A DNA stretch of 64,000 nucleotides from Eledone cirrhosa (GCA_964016885.1 OZ024743.1:183954001-184018000), one strand, 5' to 3'. Positions 1 through 14,969 are shown, counted from the stretch's first letter. Translations and numbers: made by a program. The notes: a model not told the origin generated them from the sequence alone.

Positions 1-3000
1 ATATAGTCACATATTATTGGTACTGGAATACTGGGATGGTGGGATATAATCACATATTGTTGGTACTGGAATATTAGGATGGTGGGATATAGTCACATAT
101 TGTTGGTAGTGGAATACTGGGATGGTGGGATATAGTCACATATTGTTGGTACTGGAATACTGGGATGGTGGGATATAATCACATATTGTTGGTACTGGAA
201 TATTAGGATGGTGGGATATAGTCACATATTGTTGGTACTGGAATACTGGGATGGTGGGATATAGTCACATATTGTTGGTACTGGAATACTGGGATAGTTG
301 GATATAGTCACATATTGTTGGTACTGGATTATTGGGATGGTGGGATATAGTCACATATTGTTGGTACTGGATTATTGGGATGGTGGGATATAGTCACATA
401 TTGTTGGTACTGGAATACTGGGATGGTGGGATATAGTCACATATTGTTTGTAGTGGAATACTGGGATGGTGGGATATAGTCACATATTGTTGGTAGTGGA
501 ATACTGGGATGGTGGGATATAGTCACATATTGTTGGTACTGGAATACTGGGATGGTGGGATATAGTCACATATTGTTGGTAGTGGAATACTGGGATGGTG
601 GGATATAGTCACATATTGTTGGTAGTGGAATACTGGGATGGTGGGATATAGTCACATATTGTTGGTACTGGAATACTGGGATGGTGGGATATAGTCACAT
701 ATTGTTGGTACTGGAATACTGGGATGGTGCGATATAGTCACATATTGTTGGTACTGGAATACTGGGATGGTGGGATATAGTCACATATTGTTGGTAGTGG
801 AATACTGGGATGGTGGGATATAGTCACATATTGTTGGTACTGGAATACTGAGATGGTGGGATATAGTCACATATTGTTGGTAGTGGAATACTAGGATGGT
901 GGGATATAGTCACATATTGTTGGTAGTGGAATACTGGGATGGTGGGATATAGTCACATATTGTTGGTACTGGATTACTGGGATGGTGGGATATAGTCACA
1001 TATTGTTGGTACTGGATTACTGGGATGGTGGGATATAGTCACATATTGTTGGTAGTGGAATACTGGGATGGTGGGATATAGTCACATATTGTTGGTAGTG
1101 GAATACTGGGATGGTGGGATATAGTCACATATTGTTGGTACTGGAATACTGGGATGGTGGGATATAGTCACATATTGTTGGTAGTGGAATACTGGGATGG
1201 TGGGATATAGTCACATATTGTTGGTACTGGATTATTGGGATGGTGGGATATAGTCACATATTGTTGGTACTGGAATACAGGGATGGTGGGATATAGTCAC
1301 ATATTGTTGGTACTGGAATACTGAGATGGTGGGATATAGTCACACATTGTTGGTAGTGGAATACTGGGATGGTGGGATATAGTCACATATTGTTGGTAGT
1401 GGAATACTGGGATGGTGGGATATAGTCACATATTGTTGGTACTGGATTATTGGGATGGTGGGATATAGTCACATATTGTTGGTACTGGAATACTGGGATG
1501 GTGGGATATAGTCACATATTGTTGGTAGTGGAATACTGGGATGGTGGGATATAGTCACATATTGTTGGTACTGGAATACTGGGATGGTAGGATATAGTCA
1601 CATATTGTTGGTAGTGGAATACTGGGATGGTGGGATATAGTCACATATTGTTGGTACTGGAATACTGGGATGGTGGGATATAGTCACATATTGTTGGTAC
1701 TGGAATACTGGGATGGTGCGATATAGTCACATATTGTTGGTACTGGAATACTGGGATGGTGGGATATAGTCACATATTGTTGGTAGTGGAATACTGGGAT
1801 GGTGGGATATAGTCACATATTGTTGGTACTGGATTACTGGGATGGTGGGATATAGTCACATATTGTTGGTGGTGGGATGGTGGGATATAGTCACATATTG
1901 TTGGTACTGGATTACTGGGATGGTGGGATATAGTCACATATTGTTGGTGGTGGGATGGTGGGATATAGTCACATATTGTTGGTACTGGAATACTGGGATG
2001 GTGGGATATAGTCACATATTGTTGGTAGTGGAATACTGGGATGGTGGGATATAGTCACATATTGTTGGTAGTGGAATACTGGGATGGTGGGATAAAGTCA
2101 CATATTGTTGGTAGTGGAATACTGGGATGGTGGGATATAGTCACATATTGTTGGTACTGGAATACTGGGATGGTGGGATATAGTCACATATTGTTGGTAG
2201 TGGAATACAGGGATGGTGGGATATAGTCACATATTGTTGGTACTGGAATACTGGGATGGTGGGATATAGTCACATATTGTTGGTACTGGAATACAGGGAT
2301 GGTTGGATATAGTCACATATTGTTGGTACTGGAATACTGGGATGGTGGGATATAGTCACATATTGTTGGTAGTGGAATACTGGGATGGTGGGATATAGTC
2401 ACATATTGTTGGTACTGGAATACTGGGATGGTGGGATATAGTCACACATTGTTGGTACTGGAATACAGGGATGGTGGGATATAGTCACATATTGTTGGTA
2501 CTGGAATACTGGGATGGTGGGATATAGTCACATATTGTTGGTACTGGAATACAGGGATGGTTGGATATAGTCACATATTGTTGGTTGTGGAATACTGGGA
2601 TGGTGGGATATAGTCACATATTGTTGGTAGTGGAATACTGGGATGGTGGGATATAGTCACATATTGTTGGTACTGGAATACAGGGATGGTGGGATATAGT
2701 CACATATTGTTGGTACTGGAATACAGGGATGGTTGGATATAGTCACATATTGTTGGTACTGGAATACTGGGATGGTGGGATATAGTCACATATTGTTGGT
2801 ACTGGAATACTGGGATGGTGGGATGTAGTCACATATTGTTGGTACTGGAATACTGGGATGGTGGGATATAGTCACATATTGTTGGTACTGGAATACAGGG
2901 ATGGTTGGATATAGTCACATATTGTTGGTACTGGAATACTGGGATGGTGGGATATAGTCACATATTGTTGGTAGTGGAATACTGGGATGGTGGGATGTAG

Positions 3001-5631
3001 TCACATATTGTTGGTAGTGGAATACTGGGATGGTGGGATATAGTCACATATTGTTGGTAGTGGAATACTGGGATGGTGGGATATAGTCACATATTGTTGG
3101 TACTGGAATACTGGGATGGTGGGATATAGTCACATATTGTTGGTAGTGGAATACTGGGATGGTTGGATATAGTCACATATTGTTGGTAGTGTAATACTGG
3201 GATGGTGGGATATAGTCACATATTGTTGGTTCTGGAATACTGGGATGGTGGGATATAGTCACATATTGTTGGTACTGTGATGGTGGGATGGTGGGATATA
3301 GTCACATATTGTTAGGACTGGAATACTGGGATGGTGGGATATAGTCACATATTTTTTTGTACTGGAATACTGGGATGGTGGGATATAATCACATATTGTT
3401 GGTGCTGGAATACTGGGATGGTGGGATATAGTCACATATTGTTGGTACTGGAATACTGGGATGGTGGGATATAGTCACATATTGTTAGGACTGGAATACT
3501 GGGATGGTGGGATATAGTCACATATTGTTGGTAGTGGAATACTGGGATAGTTGGATATAGTCACATATTGTTGGTACTGGATTATTGGGATGGTGGGATA
3601 TAGTCACATATTGTTGGTACTGGATTATTGGGATGGTGGGATATAGTCACATATTGTTGGTAGTGGAATACTGGGATGGTGGGATATAGTCACATATTGT
3701 TGGTAGTGGAATGCTGGGATGGTGGTATATAGTCACATTTTGTTGGTACTGGATTATTGGGATGGTGGGATATAGTCACATATTGTTGGTAGTGGAATAC
3801 TGGGATGGTGGGATATAGTCACATATTGTTGGTAGTGGAATACAGGGATGGTGGGATATAGTCACATATTGTTGGTACTGGAATACTGGGATGGTGGGAT
3901 ATAGTCACATATTGTTGGTACTGGAATACTGGGATGGTGGGATATGGTCACATATTGTTGGTACTGCGATACTGGGATGGTGGGATATAGTCACATATTG
4001 TTGGTAGTGGAATACTTGGATGGTGGGATATAGTCACATATTGTTGGTAGTGGAATACTGGGATGGTGGGATGCAGTCACATATTGTTGGTACTGGATTA
4101 TTGGGATGGTGGGATATAGTCACATATTGTTGGTAGTGGAATACTGGGATGGTGGGATATAGTCACATATTATTGGTACTGGAATACTGAGATGGTGGGA
4201 TATAGTCACATATTGTTGGTAGTGGAATACTGGGATGGTGGGATATAGTCACATATTGTTGGTACTGGAATACTGGGATGGTGGGATATAGTCACATATT
4301 GTTGGTACTGGAATACTGGGATGGTGGGATATAGTCACATATTGTTGGTACTGGAATACTGGGATGGTGGGATATAGTCACATATTGTTGGTACTGGAAT
4401 ACTGGGATGGTGGGATATAGTGACATATTGTTGGTAGTGGAATACTAGGATGGTGGGATATAGTCACATACTGTTGGTACTGGAATACTGGGATGGTGGG
4501 ATATAGTCACATATTGTTGGTAGTGGAATACTGGGATGTTGGGATATAGTCACATATTGTTGGTACTGGAATACTGGGATGGTGGGATATAGTCACATAT
4601 TGTTGGTACTGGAATACTAGGATGGTGGGATATAGTCACATATTGTTGGTAGTGGAATACTGGGATGTTGGGATATAGTCACATATTGTTGGTAGTGGAA
4701 TACTGGGATGGTGGGATATAGTCACATATTGTTGGTGCTAGAATACTGGGATGGTGGGATATAGTCACATATTGTTGGTAGTGGAATACTAGGATGGTGG
4801 GATATAGTCACATATTGTTGGTACTGGAATACTGGGATGGTGGGATATAGTCACATATTTTTTTGTACTGGAATACTGGGATGGTGGGATATAGTCACAT
4901 ATTGTTGGTGCTGGAATACTGGGATGGTGGGATATAGTCACATATTGTTGGTAGTGTAATACTGGGATGGTGGGATATAGTCACATATTGTTGGTTCTGG
5001 AATACTGGGATGGTGGGATATAGTCACATATTGTTGGTAGTGGAATACTGGGATGGTGGGATATAGTCACATATTGTTGGTACTGGAATACTGGGATGGT
5101 GGGATATAGTCACATATTGTTGGTAGTGGAATACTGGGATGGTGGGATATAGTCACATATTGTTGGTAGTGGAATACTGGGATGGTGGGATATAGTCACA
5201 TATTGTTGGTAGTGGAATACTGGGATGGTGGGATATAGTCACATATTGTTGGTAGTGGAATACTGGGATGGTGGGATATAGTCACATATTTTTTTGTACT
5301 GGAATACTGGGATGGTGGGATATAATCACATATTGTTGGTGCTGGAATACTGGGATGGTGGGATATAGTCACATATTGTTGGTACTGGAATACTGGGATG
5401 GTGGGATATAGTCACATATTGTTGGTAGTGGAATACTGGGATGGTGGGATATAGTCACATATTGTTGGTAGTGGAATACTAGGATGGTGGGATATAGTCA
5501 CATATTGTTGGTACTGGTATACTGGGATGGTGGGATGCAGTCACATATTGTTGGTACTGGAATACTGGGATGGTGGGATATAGTCACATATTGTTGGTAC
5601 TGGGATGGTGGAATGGTGGCATATAGTCACA
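1..5631. repeat. 43-bp minisatellite array, about 130 copies, running off the window start
   Basis: Unit ATATAGTCACATATTGTTGGTA(C/G)TGGAATACTGGGATGGTGGG repeats head-to-tail with period 43 (starts at 1, 44, ...). No spacers. Confidence 0.98.
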
Positions 5632-6240
5632 CTTGGTTGCTTCTTGAGTTATTCTCTTCAATTGGTTTAAATATTAAAAGTTTCACAAATCAACTCAGGT
5701 TTTAATAAAATCTAGACTTAGAATATCTTTTTATATCTGTGATGTTTATATATCTGTTTATGAGTGACTTTGATTACAGCCACGCAGAAACAATAGGTTT
5801 TTGTCTAGGTGGAATGACTATTTTTGTCTTGCTGTAAAATGATTCTTTTTTTTCTCTGGGTTAATTGAAATTAAACAAGATACAACATTTCTAAGTTAAT
5901 TATTTTTTGTACTGACCAAGAACACAGCAATACCTTAATGTTTTATTAAGATAGTGCTGGTGCCATGATAAAATGCACCCAGTCAACTCTTTAAAATATT
6001 AGTGCTGGTGTCACGATAAGGAGCATCCAGTCTTCCCTGTAAGGTGGCAATGCTGGTGTCTCAATAAGAAGCACCTAATCCATCATGTAAGGTAGTAGTG
6101 CTGGTGCCACGATGAAAAGTACTCAGCTCACAGTGTACGATATAGTCATCTAACTAGTTTGACCTCAGTATGAGCCTATCTAAGCCATGCAAGCATGGAA
6201 AATAGATATTAAAGGGTAATGATAATGATGATATTACAAA

Positions 6241-6465
6241 GGGCAGTGGATTGTCAGAATTCTTAGTGTCAGACAAAATGCTATGTGGTATTCGTTCCAA
6301 TACTTTATGTTCTGAGTTCAAAGACTTTTCTTTTCATCCTTTTGGATTTGCTAAAACAAAATGCTATACAAGTACTGGGGTTGATTTAATTGACCTACCC
6401 TCCACCCAAGATTGCTGGCCTTGTTCCTAAAATAGAAACCATTATATTATTATTATTATTATTAA
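6241..6465 (+). mobile_element. tRNA-derived SINE (decayed)
   Basis: GGCAGTGGATTGTCAGAAT head, GAGTTCAAA B-box, TTGCTGGCCTTG...AGAAAC body and (TTA)n tail; same family as 48762-48953. Confidence 0.65.
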
Positions 6466-7091
6466 ATAAAGCTCAGACTCTTCAGTTATGTCAAGACAAC
6501 CTCACTGGTTAGTGCTGGTGGCATGATAAAAATGCACCTAGTACACTCTGAAAATTAGTTGGCATTAAACAGGGCAGCCCACTGTAGAAACCAGGCCCAA
6601 ACTGGAACGTAAGTAAGTGGGACATGCTAAGTTATGTTTCAGACATCAGTTTAATAATCATCATCATTATTATTTAATGTCCATTTTCCTTGCTATCAAG
6701 AATTGGATATTTCATCACAGACCAGTCAATAGTCATATGATGGGCTGGGGGGGCCTACATCTCACATATTCAGCACACTGCCAAGTGCATTTTATCATAT
6801 CACCAGCCCTAGGGAGGTTGTTATGTCTTTAACACAGCTGAGGAGTCCTCACAACCCTTTCTTTGGATGCCCTTCCTATAACCAACTATATTACAGAGAG
6901 TAATGAGTGCATTTATCACGTAGATCACCAATACTAGGAAGGTTGTCATGTTTATGGCATAAGGGAAGAGTTTTGCTCTCCTTTTGTTTGGCAAGTTATT
7001 TATGTTATCCTTGATTAATTCTTGATTAATTTCATATGGCCATCGAGCTTTTATTAGAAATGTGATCACAAAAGAGTCAAAGACTACTTAC

Positions 7092-7637
7092 CTGTTTTTT
7101 CATTTAGAAGTTTATTAAAATAACCATCAAGCCACTTGGTGACATATCCATGAATATAGTCAATTATTTCATAATCATTTGTCTGCTTGGTTATATTACT
7201 TCGTACCATTGAGAAAGATTCATTGAGTATCGTGATAAAAACACTGAATAGTATATAATTAACTAGCATAGTACTAGAGAAGAAATAGAATGATCCCAGT
7301 ATATGGTTGACTGACCGCACAGATTCGTATTGGTATTCTCCCAAGATTGACATAAACAGAGTCATTATACTTATTGAAATGCTTGAATAGGCTGTGATGA
7401 TTTTGCCAAACAAGAGGTAACCCACACATGCATAAGACAAAAACAGCACTGCAAAAACAAATGAGAAAGCTGACAGGTCTTTAGATGATTGCCGAAGAGT
7501 CTGCGATAACATAGACATTCTTCGATTAAAGCGTAACAGATGAATCATGTTCAAAATTGAGAGGAAGACAGCCAAAGCAAGGAATATTGTAAAGACATCA
7601 CTCCAGAAGGAAAGTTGCTGGAAATTGTAGAAATCCC
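7092..7637 (-). CDS. Polycystin-1-like gene, exon with C-terminal channel TMs and pore region
   Basis: AG acceptor at 7639-7638, phase 1; encodes LLRFNRRMSMLSQTL...GYLLFG...FYFFSSTMLVNYILFSVFITILNESF. Ends at a GTAAG donor (7091) or reads on to the stop at 7084. Confidence 0.9.
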
Positions 7638-7949
7638 CTGTTGAAATAGATACAACAGAAATATTATTATTAAAATAAAGCACCAGTAATGCACTAGGGT
7701 AATTGCTGGCCTTGTGCCAAAGGAAGAAACATTATTTTTATTATTATTATTATTATTATTATTGGTTGTTGAAGTATGGAAACATGCATTCATGAACTCA
7801 TAAGTTTTATCATTATTCTATTGTCAAACTTTAATACTGTTTTGGAGATAAGGGACTCAGTTTTCTCGTGAGTGGATCCTTTTTTCCATATTTGTGGCCC
7901 TTCAGGGCTATATTGATATGTTTTTTCGCAAATATGGTCCCAAAATTTT

Positions 7950-8141
7950 GAAAAAATAACAAAAACAAACATGGCGGATGCCAAAATTATGTCCACAAAA
8001 AGGATCAGCAGTATGTTTAAACAAGAGAACAGCCAGTTCTCAATCATCAACAGTGAAATAAAGAACACCTGTGATAAAAATCTAAATATCAGCAGCAGCA
8101 AAGCAAAAAATTTCGGCTCAACCACCACCACACCAACTATA

Positions 8142-8201
<60 letters not shown>

Positions 8202-11200
8202 AGCAGCAGCAATAACAAGCCCCCACAGCAGCCGCCCAAGCGACAATTTTCTTCGACAAGGCTGCCAAAAATGTGGAAAGAATCCACATCAGCGACAGGG
8301 AGATGAGGCAGGCCAAAATTTGGGTCAAGAAGAGCGGACACAGGGTCAGCCTCACCTACACAATGTCATGAAAAACCGACATCTGTGTATGGTCTTGTAC
8401 TGTACACTTGGTCTCAAATCGCGCCGGGTGGAACAAGCAACTGGGTTGCAGGTCCAAAGGGCTGTGGGTGCCGTCTGAGCACAGAAATTATGAATAGCCT
8501 GAGGAACAAAGTATGGCACAGTGGGTGTTCACTTTGCTACACCTAAAGAAGCCAGAACACACTCCATAGTGAGGAAATAACCATGGTGCAGACATACTGC
8601 GGCCAGAAAGTTGTGAGGGTCCAAGTGACCCAGTTTCTGCCCTCAGTGGAGATCACTTGGCTGATGGCGGCTGTCCTTGCTGACGTCAAGGAAACAACAA
8701 CTATCTTAGACGTCATGCGCATCAGACAAGAGAATTAGTCAGGCTGAAAGGTGGAGCTGATCATCCAATCAAACCATGAAAATATAGAGGCCATCCCCGA
8801 AGTGATCGACCTGGACAGCAGCAGTCACCTACTTGTGACTGTCGAAGGTAGAGGACCAAGGTGTCATGGGTGTGGAGATAAAATGCACCTACAGGCATTT
8901 TGTCCCAAACAAACCAAGGCAGGCATGCCCCCCCCCCTCTTCTCTCTACGCCGTGTCCCACGACTGGAGTGGCCAAACTGTCTGAGACTGCTGTGGCATC
9001 AAAACTACCAGTACTGGCAACACCAACAATAAAAACCACAACAGCGCCAACAAGACCAATGGAGAGCATGCCCCTTCCCGATATTGCACAATCGGACAAA
9101 GAGTGTGAGGACGCTGAAGGGTGGAAAACTGATGGAGCAAAAACAGAGAAAGAGCTCTCTACCTTCGCCCTCAAAAAAAAGGAGGAAAAAACAAAAAAAA
9201 TGAAGACGTCAACACCCCCACCACCATCGTCATTAACAGCCACACCCCCACAACCACCAACACCACCCCCATCATTATCATCACCACCACCATCACCCTC
9301 AGCAACACCACAGAAAATACAGAAAGCACCAACATCCCAAAAGCAGACACAATGCACAGCTATAGACACATCATCATCATTTAACGTCTATCTTCCACGC
9401 TTGCATGGGTTTAGACGGGAATTGTCCCACTTGTGGCAAGATTGGTCGTCTTGCTCGTATAGGACTGTCTGGCAGGTTTTCTACAGCTGGATGCCCTTCC
9501 TAACACCAACCACATTTACAGTGTGGACTGGGACGTTTTTACTGTGTTACCTACACGGCCACATTACAGCGTGGACTGTGTTTTTTTTTGTTGTGACACC
9601 TACACGACCTCATTTATTTAGGACTGTATGTTGTTGTAGCAACATAACTTTACAGGGAAAGGGGTGGTGTTGATGGGGGTGGGGGAGTTCGGGTAGTGGG
9701 ATGGGGGTGCCTACTGACTGTAGGTTTCGCTTTGTACTTAGGCAAGGCGGGTTTTCTGTATTACTGCGTAGCGCCAAAGATCTCAGTCCAGAGACATTGT
9801 CGATGAAAGGTGTAAGTGTGTAAGGTTGGAATTTATCAAATCGTCCCAGATTTTTCTGGGTCTGCCTACTCCGTAACTTCCATCAATTTTGATTGCCCTC
9901 AACTTTTTTATACAGCTGTCATCTTTCATGCGCATCACGTGACCATATCAACGTAATCTTCTCTCGAGTAAACAGCATCTGATCCCTCTTATACTCCTTT
10001 CTCACTTAGTTCATTTATGCTTTGCTGTTCGCGTATATTACTATTACACATCCAGCGGAGCATGCATGCTTCGTTCCTCTCCAGTCTGCGTATATCCTCT
10101 GCACACAATGCCCATGTCTCACTGCCAGGTAACATTGCTGTTCATATGCAGGCATCATACAGACAACAAAAACTCCTAAATTACAAATAACACCACACCA
10201 ACATCACAGAAACAAATTACATACAAACTACCAAAATTGCACCTCCCACACACATAAAAATAATCGAAATTTCACAATAGACATATACAACCTTAAAGAA
10301 AAAGTTCCCAACCCATGCTAGTGTGGAAGATGGACGTTAAACGATGATGATAATGATGATGGCAATTGGAGACTATTGAGGGACCCTCTCGAAGAGAATA
10401 TATACTGACATTCTTGTGGAGAAACCCACCACTGGTCGGAGGCATGGATCACCCACCTCCTTAAAAAGCCAAAGGTAAAGTTTTATTTTTCCCCTCTCAA
10501 TTGTTTTCCTCCTATCTTAGCCAACATGGCTTCTCTCAGGATAGGCAATATAAATGTACGTCGCCTGGGATTGTCTTGGAAGAAAGGCCACTTGCTCAAC
10601 AATCTCAGGTCGCTGAACATAAATGTGGTGGTCATCAGCAAGACCAAAATCTCCAAGGCACAGGTTTTGCACCCATTTTTGGTGGCCACGAGGTGTACAC
10701 ATCTCCAAACCATCCTGGATATGGAGGCGGAGTGGCAGTGTTGATCCGGAGAGGTCTGGATCTCGAGATACAGGCCATCTTCTTGGACCCAGAAGGTAAG
10801 TTGGTGGTGCTGCATGCGACCAGCGGAGAGGGGCATGCTTTCAGGCAGAGTGGCCATCTATGCACTGACAGGGGCAGGACGGCCTGACTTCTTCCGGCGC
10901 CTGGAGACCTTTCTCGGAATGTCATGCTCTTTAGTGTTAGTGTGCAACTGCAATGGGATCATCAATGCATGCTGGGTCTGTGTGGGACTAAGGGAAAGGG
11001 GAAGAGGGTGTAAAAGCCTCGCAAACCTGCTCAGACGTTTTCAACTGTCGGACAGGTACCATCTGGATTTCCCAAATGTGCCAATGTGAACATGGACAAA
11101 CTGCATTGGGTCATCCTGATCGTATCTAGATAGGGTATTTTGTAGGGAAATAGATATGTCTAGCATAGGCTGTCCACAATTCAAAGTAGTCGACTACACA

Positions 11201-12272
11201 GACCACAAATTTGTGATCTGTGTTATTGACTTAGATAGGCTTCATAGACAGGGACTCAGATACTGGAAGCTGAGCACCTCGCTACCAGCGTGCAAAGCCT
11301 ACAGAGAATGGATTAGTGAATTAGTTAAGTGGGCATTGACAGGAGCAGGCGTCAACAACAAATGATAGTGGTTCGCCCAGAAAAGAGCAATTGGAACAGA
11401 ATCCATTGGGTTCAGGAAGGCTTTAGCGATAGAGAAAAATAGAGTAGAGGGAGAACTAGTTAGAAAATTAGACAAAGCACTTAGCTAAAGCATGGCAACT
11501 GACGTGCTTGCGGTGAGATTGGCTCTCAACCAATTCTTCAATGCAAAGCACAAAGGCTATGTTGCCAGAGCTAGAGTGCGTGCTCTCAGACACAAGGGGA
11601 TGAAAGCCATTCAATGGGCTCAAGTGGTGGACACGTGGCATGGCAACAAAGCCACGATCTGGTCTTTGGAAGACCACAATGGACGCAAATTAGTCGATCC
11701 TGAGCAGATGTGTGCGGCCTTTCAGCAGCACTTCACTCATCTGTTTGGGAGAAGTGGTGGGCTGGATCACAGAATGCACTTTATTCCCTACCTCGACGGC
11801 TCGCCATGGCTCTCGGTGATGGAAGTGAAGTGCTGCAAAGGGCCAATAACTGCCACTGAGATACACAAGGCAATGAGTAGCTGTATGAAGGGTAAATCAC
11901 CTGGTTTGGGTGGTTTGCCCTACATACACATGCCATATTTGTTTGGTGACCTCTTGGCATACGTCTACTGCAACTGGCAGCAAATTGGGAGAATTTCCAT
12001 TTCTGTGAGCTGAGGAATGGTGGTGCTGCTGAGAAAGGACTTGAACAAGGGGGATAACATAGATAATTTCAGGCCCATAACTCTGCTAAATGCAGTGTTC
12101 AAAATTTTGGCCAAAGTAATAGCAACAAGGTTGACATGTGTCTGGTGGGAGAGGCACAGACATGCACCATTCCCAAGAGATCCATCCATGACAACCACCA
12201 CCTCATGTGATACATCATGGTGAGGGTAGCTAAGGAACTTGGCACGGAAGGGGCCCTGATTAATTTAGATCA
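7950..12272 (+). mobile_element. Decayed L1/Tx1-like LINE (ORF1 zinc knuckle, APE-RT remnants), 3'-truncated
   Basis: CHGCGDKMHLQAFC knuckle (8751-9032); APE start MASLRIGNINV (10526); TDHK, YWKL, GKSPG and NFRPITLLN...KILAK motifs; many stops and frameshifts. The 5' boundary is approximate. Confidence 0.8.
9369..10162 (-). mobile_element. 5'-truncated RTE LINE copy nested in the Tx1-like element
   Basis: (CAT)n tail, plus 3' UTR and RT C-terminus matching 43090-43886 in reverse. Confidence 0.85.
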
Positions 12273-12692
12273 ATTGCAGTCAGCCATTACCACTGATCTC
12301 TACTCTCTGTCATGCATGGAAAGGTTGTGGTGTTGTTGAACCAGGATTTTCTTTATCTGCTTCTTCTTCACCCTCCCTCAACTATTCCCTGAAGGATTAT
12401 TTTAGACAGGGAGTGTTTGGATAGAGAGAATAGCTTGGTGTCCAGCTGTGACATCCTTAGAAATAAATGGCTGCACTGGTTCTCACCTTACTCTCACTTT
12501 TAGCTTTGAGAATTTTTTCAGTCTCACCCTGGTAACTACTTCTGGTGTGTTAGTGAAGGAATGGGCTCTTGCAGAGGTGATGGGTACTGCCAAGAATTTC
12601 TAAAGCCCACTGAAAGCCTATGATGGATACACAATAAAAAAAAACGCAAGGAAAAGCAGACATAAAAGGATAATGATGGTTAAAATACAAAC

Positions 12693-13379
12693 CTCTTAAT
12701 TTCTTTACAGTTTTTATAGCTGAAATGGTTAACAAATGGCGCATCACATATGTAATGGTAGCGACGATAGAGAAACACAAGTTAAATATCTGTAAAATGT
12801 TCCAGAAACTGCTAAAACACTTCCTCTGCAGTTGTCGAATGGTTTGAACTTTCTGTTCAATGAAAATGATTATGAAAATGACGCAAATAATTTCAACAAT
12901 CAGAATGAAAACCCCATAACTGCCAGCATACGGATACAGCCGGAAGGTGTTTATAATCATGTTAGATTCCATTCCTCCTAATGTTGGGGTTTCAAACATC
13001 ACCGTGACTGTGGTAAACATGTTGATATTGGGATTGTACAGTGTGAATTCAACGAAGATTGCTCGTGTGCTTTCATCAATCCAACGTAATTTGATTAGTT
13101 CATCAAGTGCTGCCATTGCTCTGTTTGGACTTCCTGTCAAATCTTTACAATAACCATTGCTGCTGTAGATAGCCTTTTTTCCTATGATGGGAATTCCACC
13201 AATTTCAGTATAGTGTCGATATCGCCAAGCAGAATTTAACGGTAATTTTGTAGCATTGTCTCCATGTTGTACTTTCTTCCAACTGGTTGTATAATTCATT
13301 GTATCTTCAGTTGGAAATGAATAATCCTGATTACATTTTTCTCTGACTGTATAGAATTTTGAAAGAACATGGCATTTCC
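12693..13379 (-). CDS. Polycystin-1-like gene, exon with TOP/polycystin domain and TMs
   Basis: AG at 13381-13380, GT at 12692-12691, phase 1/1; WIDESTRAIFVEFTLYNPNINMF is the polycystin signature. Confidence 0.93.
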
Positions 13380-14969
13380 CTACACAAACAAACAAAAAAA
13401 AAAAATCAGAATTGTTAGCATTATAAAGTGTTGGGCAGCCAGTTAACATATACAGTCAGGCATCTTACATTATTTAATCATGTGGCTCTGAGTTCACTCA
13501 TATCAAATACTGCATTCACAAAAGTGCCCCCAAAGTAGTCAGTTTTGACTCCCAGGAGTCAGAAATTGTCCAAGAGGTTGATTGAACTCATGAGCCGAAA
13601 CCAGAAATTTGTATAAGAAATGAAAAAAAATTAAAATATTACAATAAAATACAACTTGTTTATGCAGGTTTTTGATTTACATATATATAATTAGATTTTA
13701 TTGTGAATTTATTTTATATTTAGTTGACTGATTTATATATGTACTTATTGTTTTGTTTTTACACATGTGTAATGTCAAGGGGGGGGGGCAGCAAAGCTTC
13801 CCTGGAGGGATTAATGGTTTAAAAGTTTGGGGGTCCTTGCTGTAGTTGCTTCAATCCAGTGTATTAAAGTCTTCCTCTCTTTCTTGAGTTCAGAGTCTCA
13901 TCAGCCTGGAATTTATCCCAATTTCATGTGATATTAAGCAATTGAGAGCAGTTTGTTGCAAGGTAAACCTTTAACTGCTCCTGGTACTCATTTTCAGCCA
14001 AGTGGACTAGAGCAATGTGAAATGAAGTGTCTTGCTCAAGAACAATGCTTCACCCTCCCTGGATAAGGTAACAAGAAATTGTGTAGCAGAAGCAAATAAT
14101 ACATCATTTAGAGTTATTTGATTTGTCGGTTTACTATAAATTGGGTTATATGAGTAATACTTAAGGCTTTGTCATATATCTGTGAGAAGTAAGCTTGATG
14201 GCGCTCATTCTTCTCTTTGTTGTTATTAAAAAGTAAGAAAACATCTTGTATTTATAAACACTATTTGTACAATAAAATATGATTCACAGAAAAAAAAAAA
14301 ATTAATAAAAACTAGTCAGAAGGAAAAAATGAGAGAAGACATGCATACTTGATTACTCACTACAACAGAGAATACTGGTGTTCCCCTCTAAAATTGTTGA
14401 GGCAAGTGATAGGTGATAGTGAGGCTGGAATAGCCAAACACTCTCATATATTGTTATTGATTAGACCCAAATAAACTCTGATCAAACAGACCAATGATCA
14501 ATATTATACCAACCACAATCAGTCTTTTTTCAGGTATAGTGTATCTCGGATTATATTATTCGATTTTAAGTCTGTAGGATATGGTTTGAGGGATGTTTGG
14601 CTGCTATTTCTAGCAGTTTAACTGAATATATAGAGGCTATTTTGTCCTTCAAGTTATAACCAGCAGAGGAGTTGAATTTACCAATTGTTTATAGTAATTA
14701 TCTGTACTACATGATGTTGCCTACTTACAGCTAGGATTGGGCTTTTGATAGTTAAGTATTCCGTTGGTCGTGAGTGCATTGTACCAGTGGGAATATTCCT
14801 TTAGTCTTTTACTGGCTTCACAGTTTTTGGTACAAATGAAAGAGGAGAGCAATCGACACATAATGCAGAAATTGTGTGTTTAAATTAACAGTCTGACTTA
14901 TCTAGGTACTGCCAACAGTTTTAAGATGAAAAGTAATTTAAAACAAACTTCCACCAGGATATCTTTTCA

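Noticed and set aside
1-5631. CRISPR array, or coding repeat (ORFs at 1770-2226 and 5484-5705)
   Set aside because: No unique spacers, no cas genes and a eukaryotic context. The ORFs arise where shortened units skip the recurring stop.
6821-7069. Extra polycystin exon with a hydrophobic stretch
   Set aside because: In phase, but it would need a 44-nt intron, shows no family motif and runs into repeat sequence.
7790-8355. Poly-Leu, poly-Ser and poly-Cys ORFs
   Set aside because: Translations of a CAG/CAA tract in the 5' part of the decayed LINE.
8900-9673. 257-aa proline-rich protein
   Set aside because: A chimera of a LINE ORF1 low-complexity tail and an antisense RTE 3' UTR.
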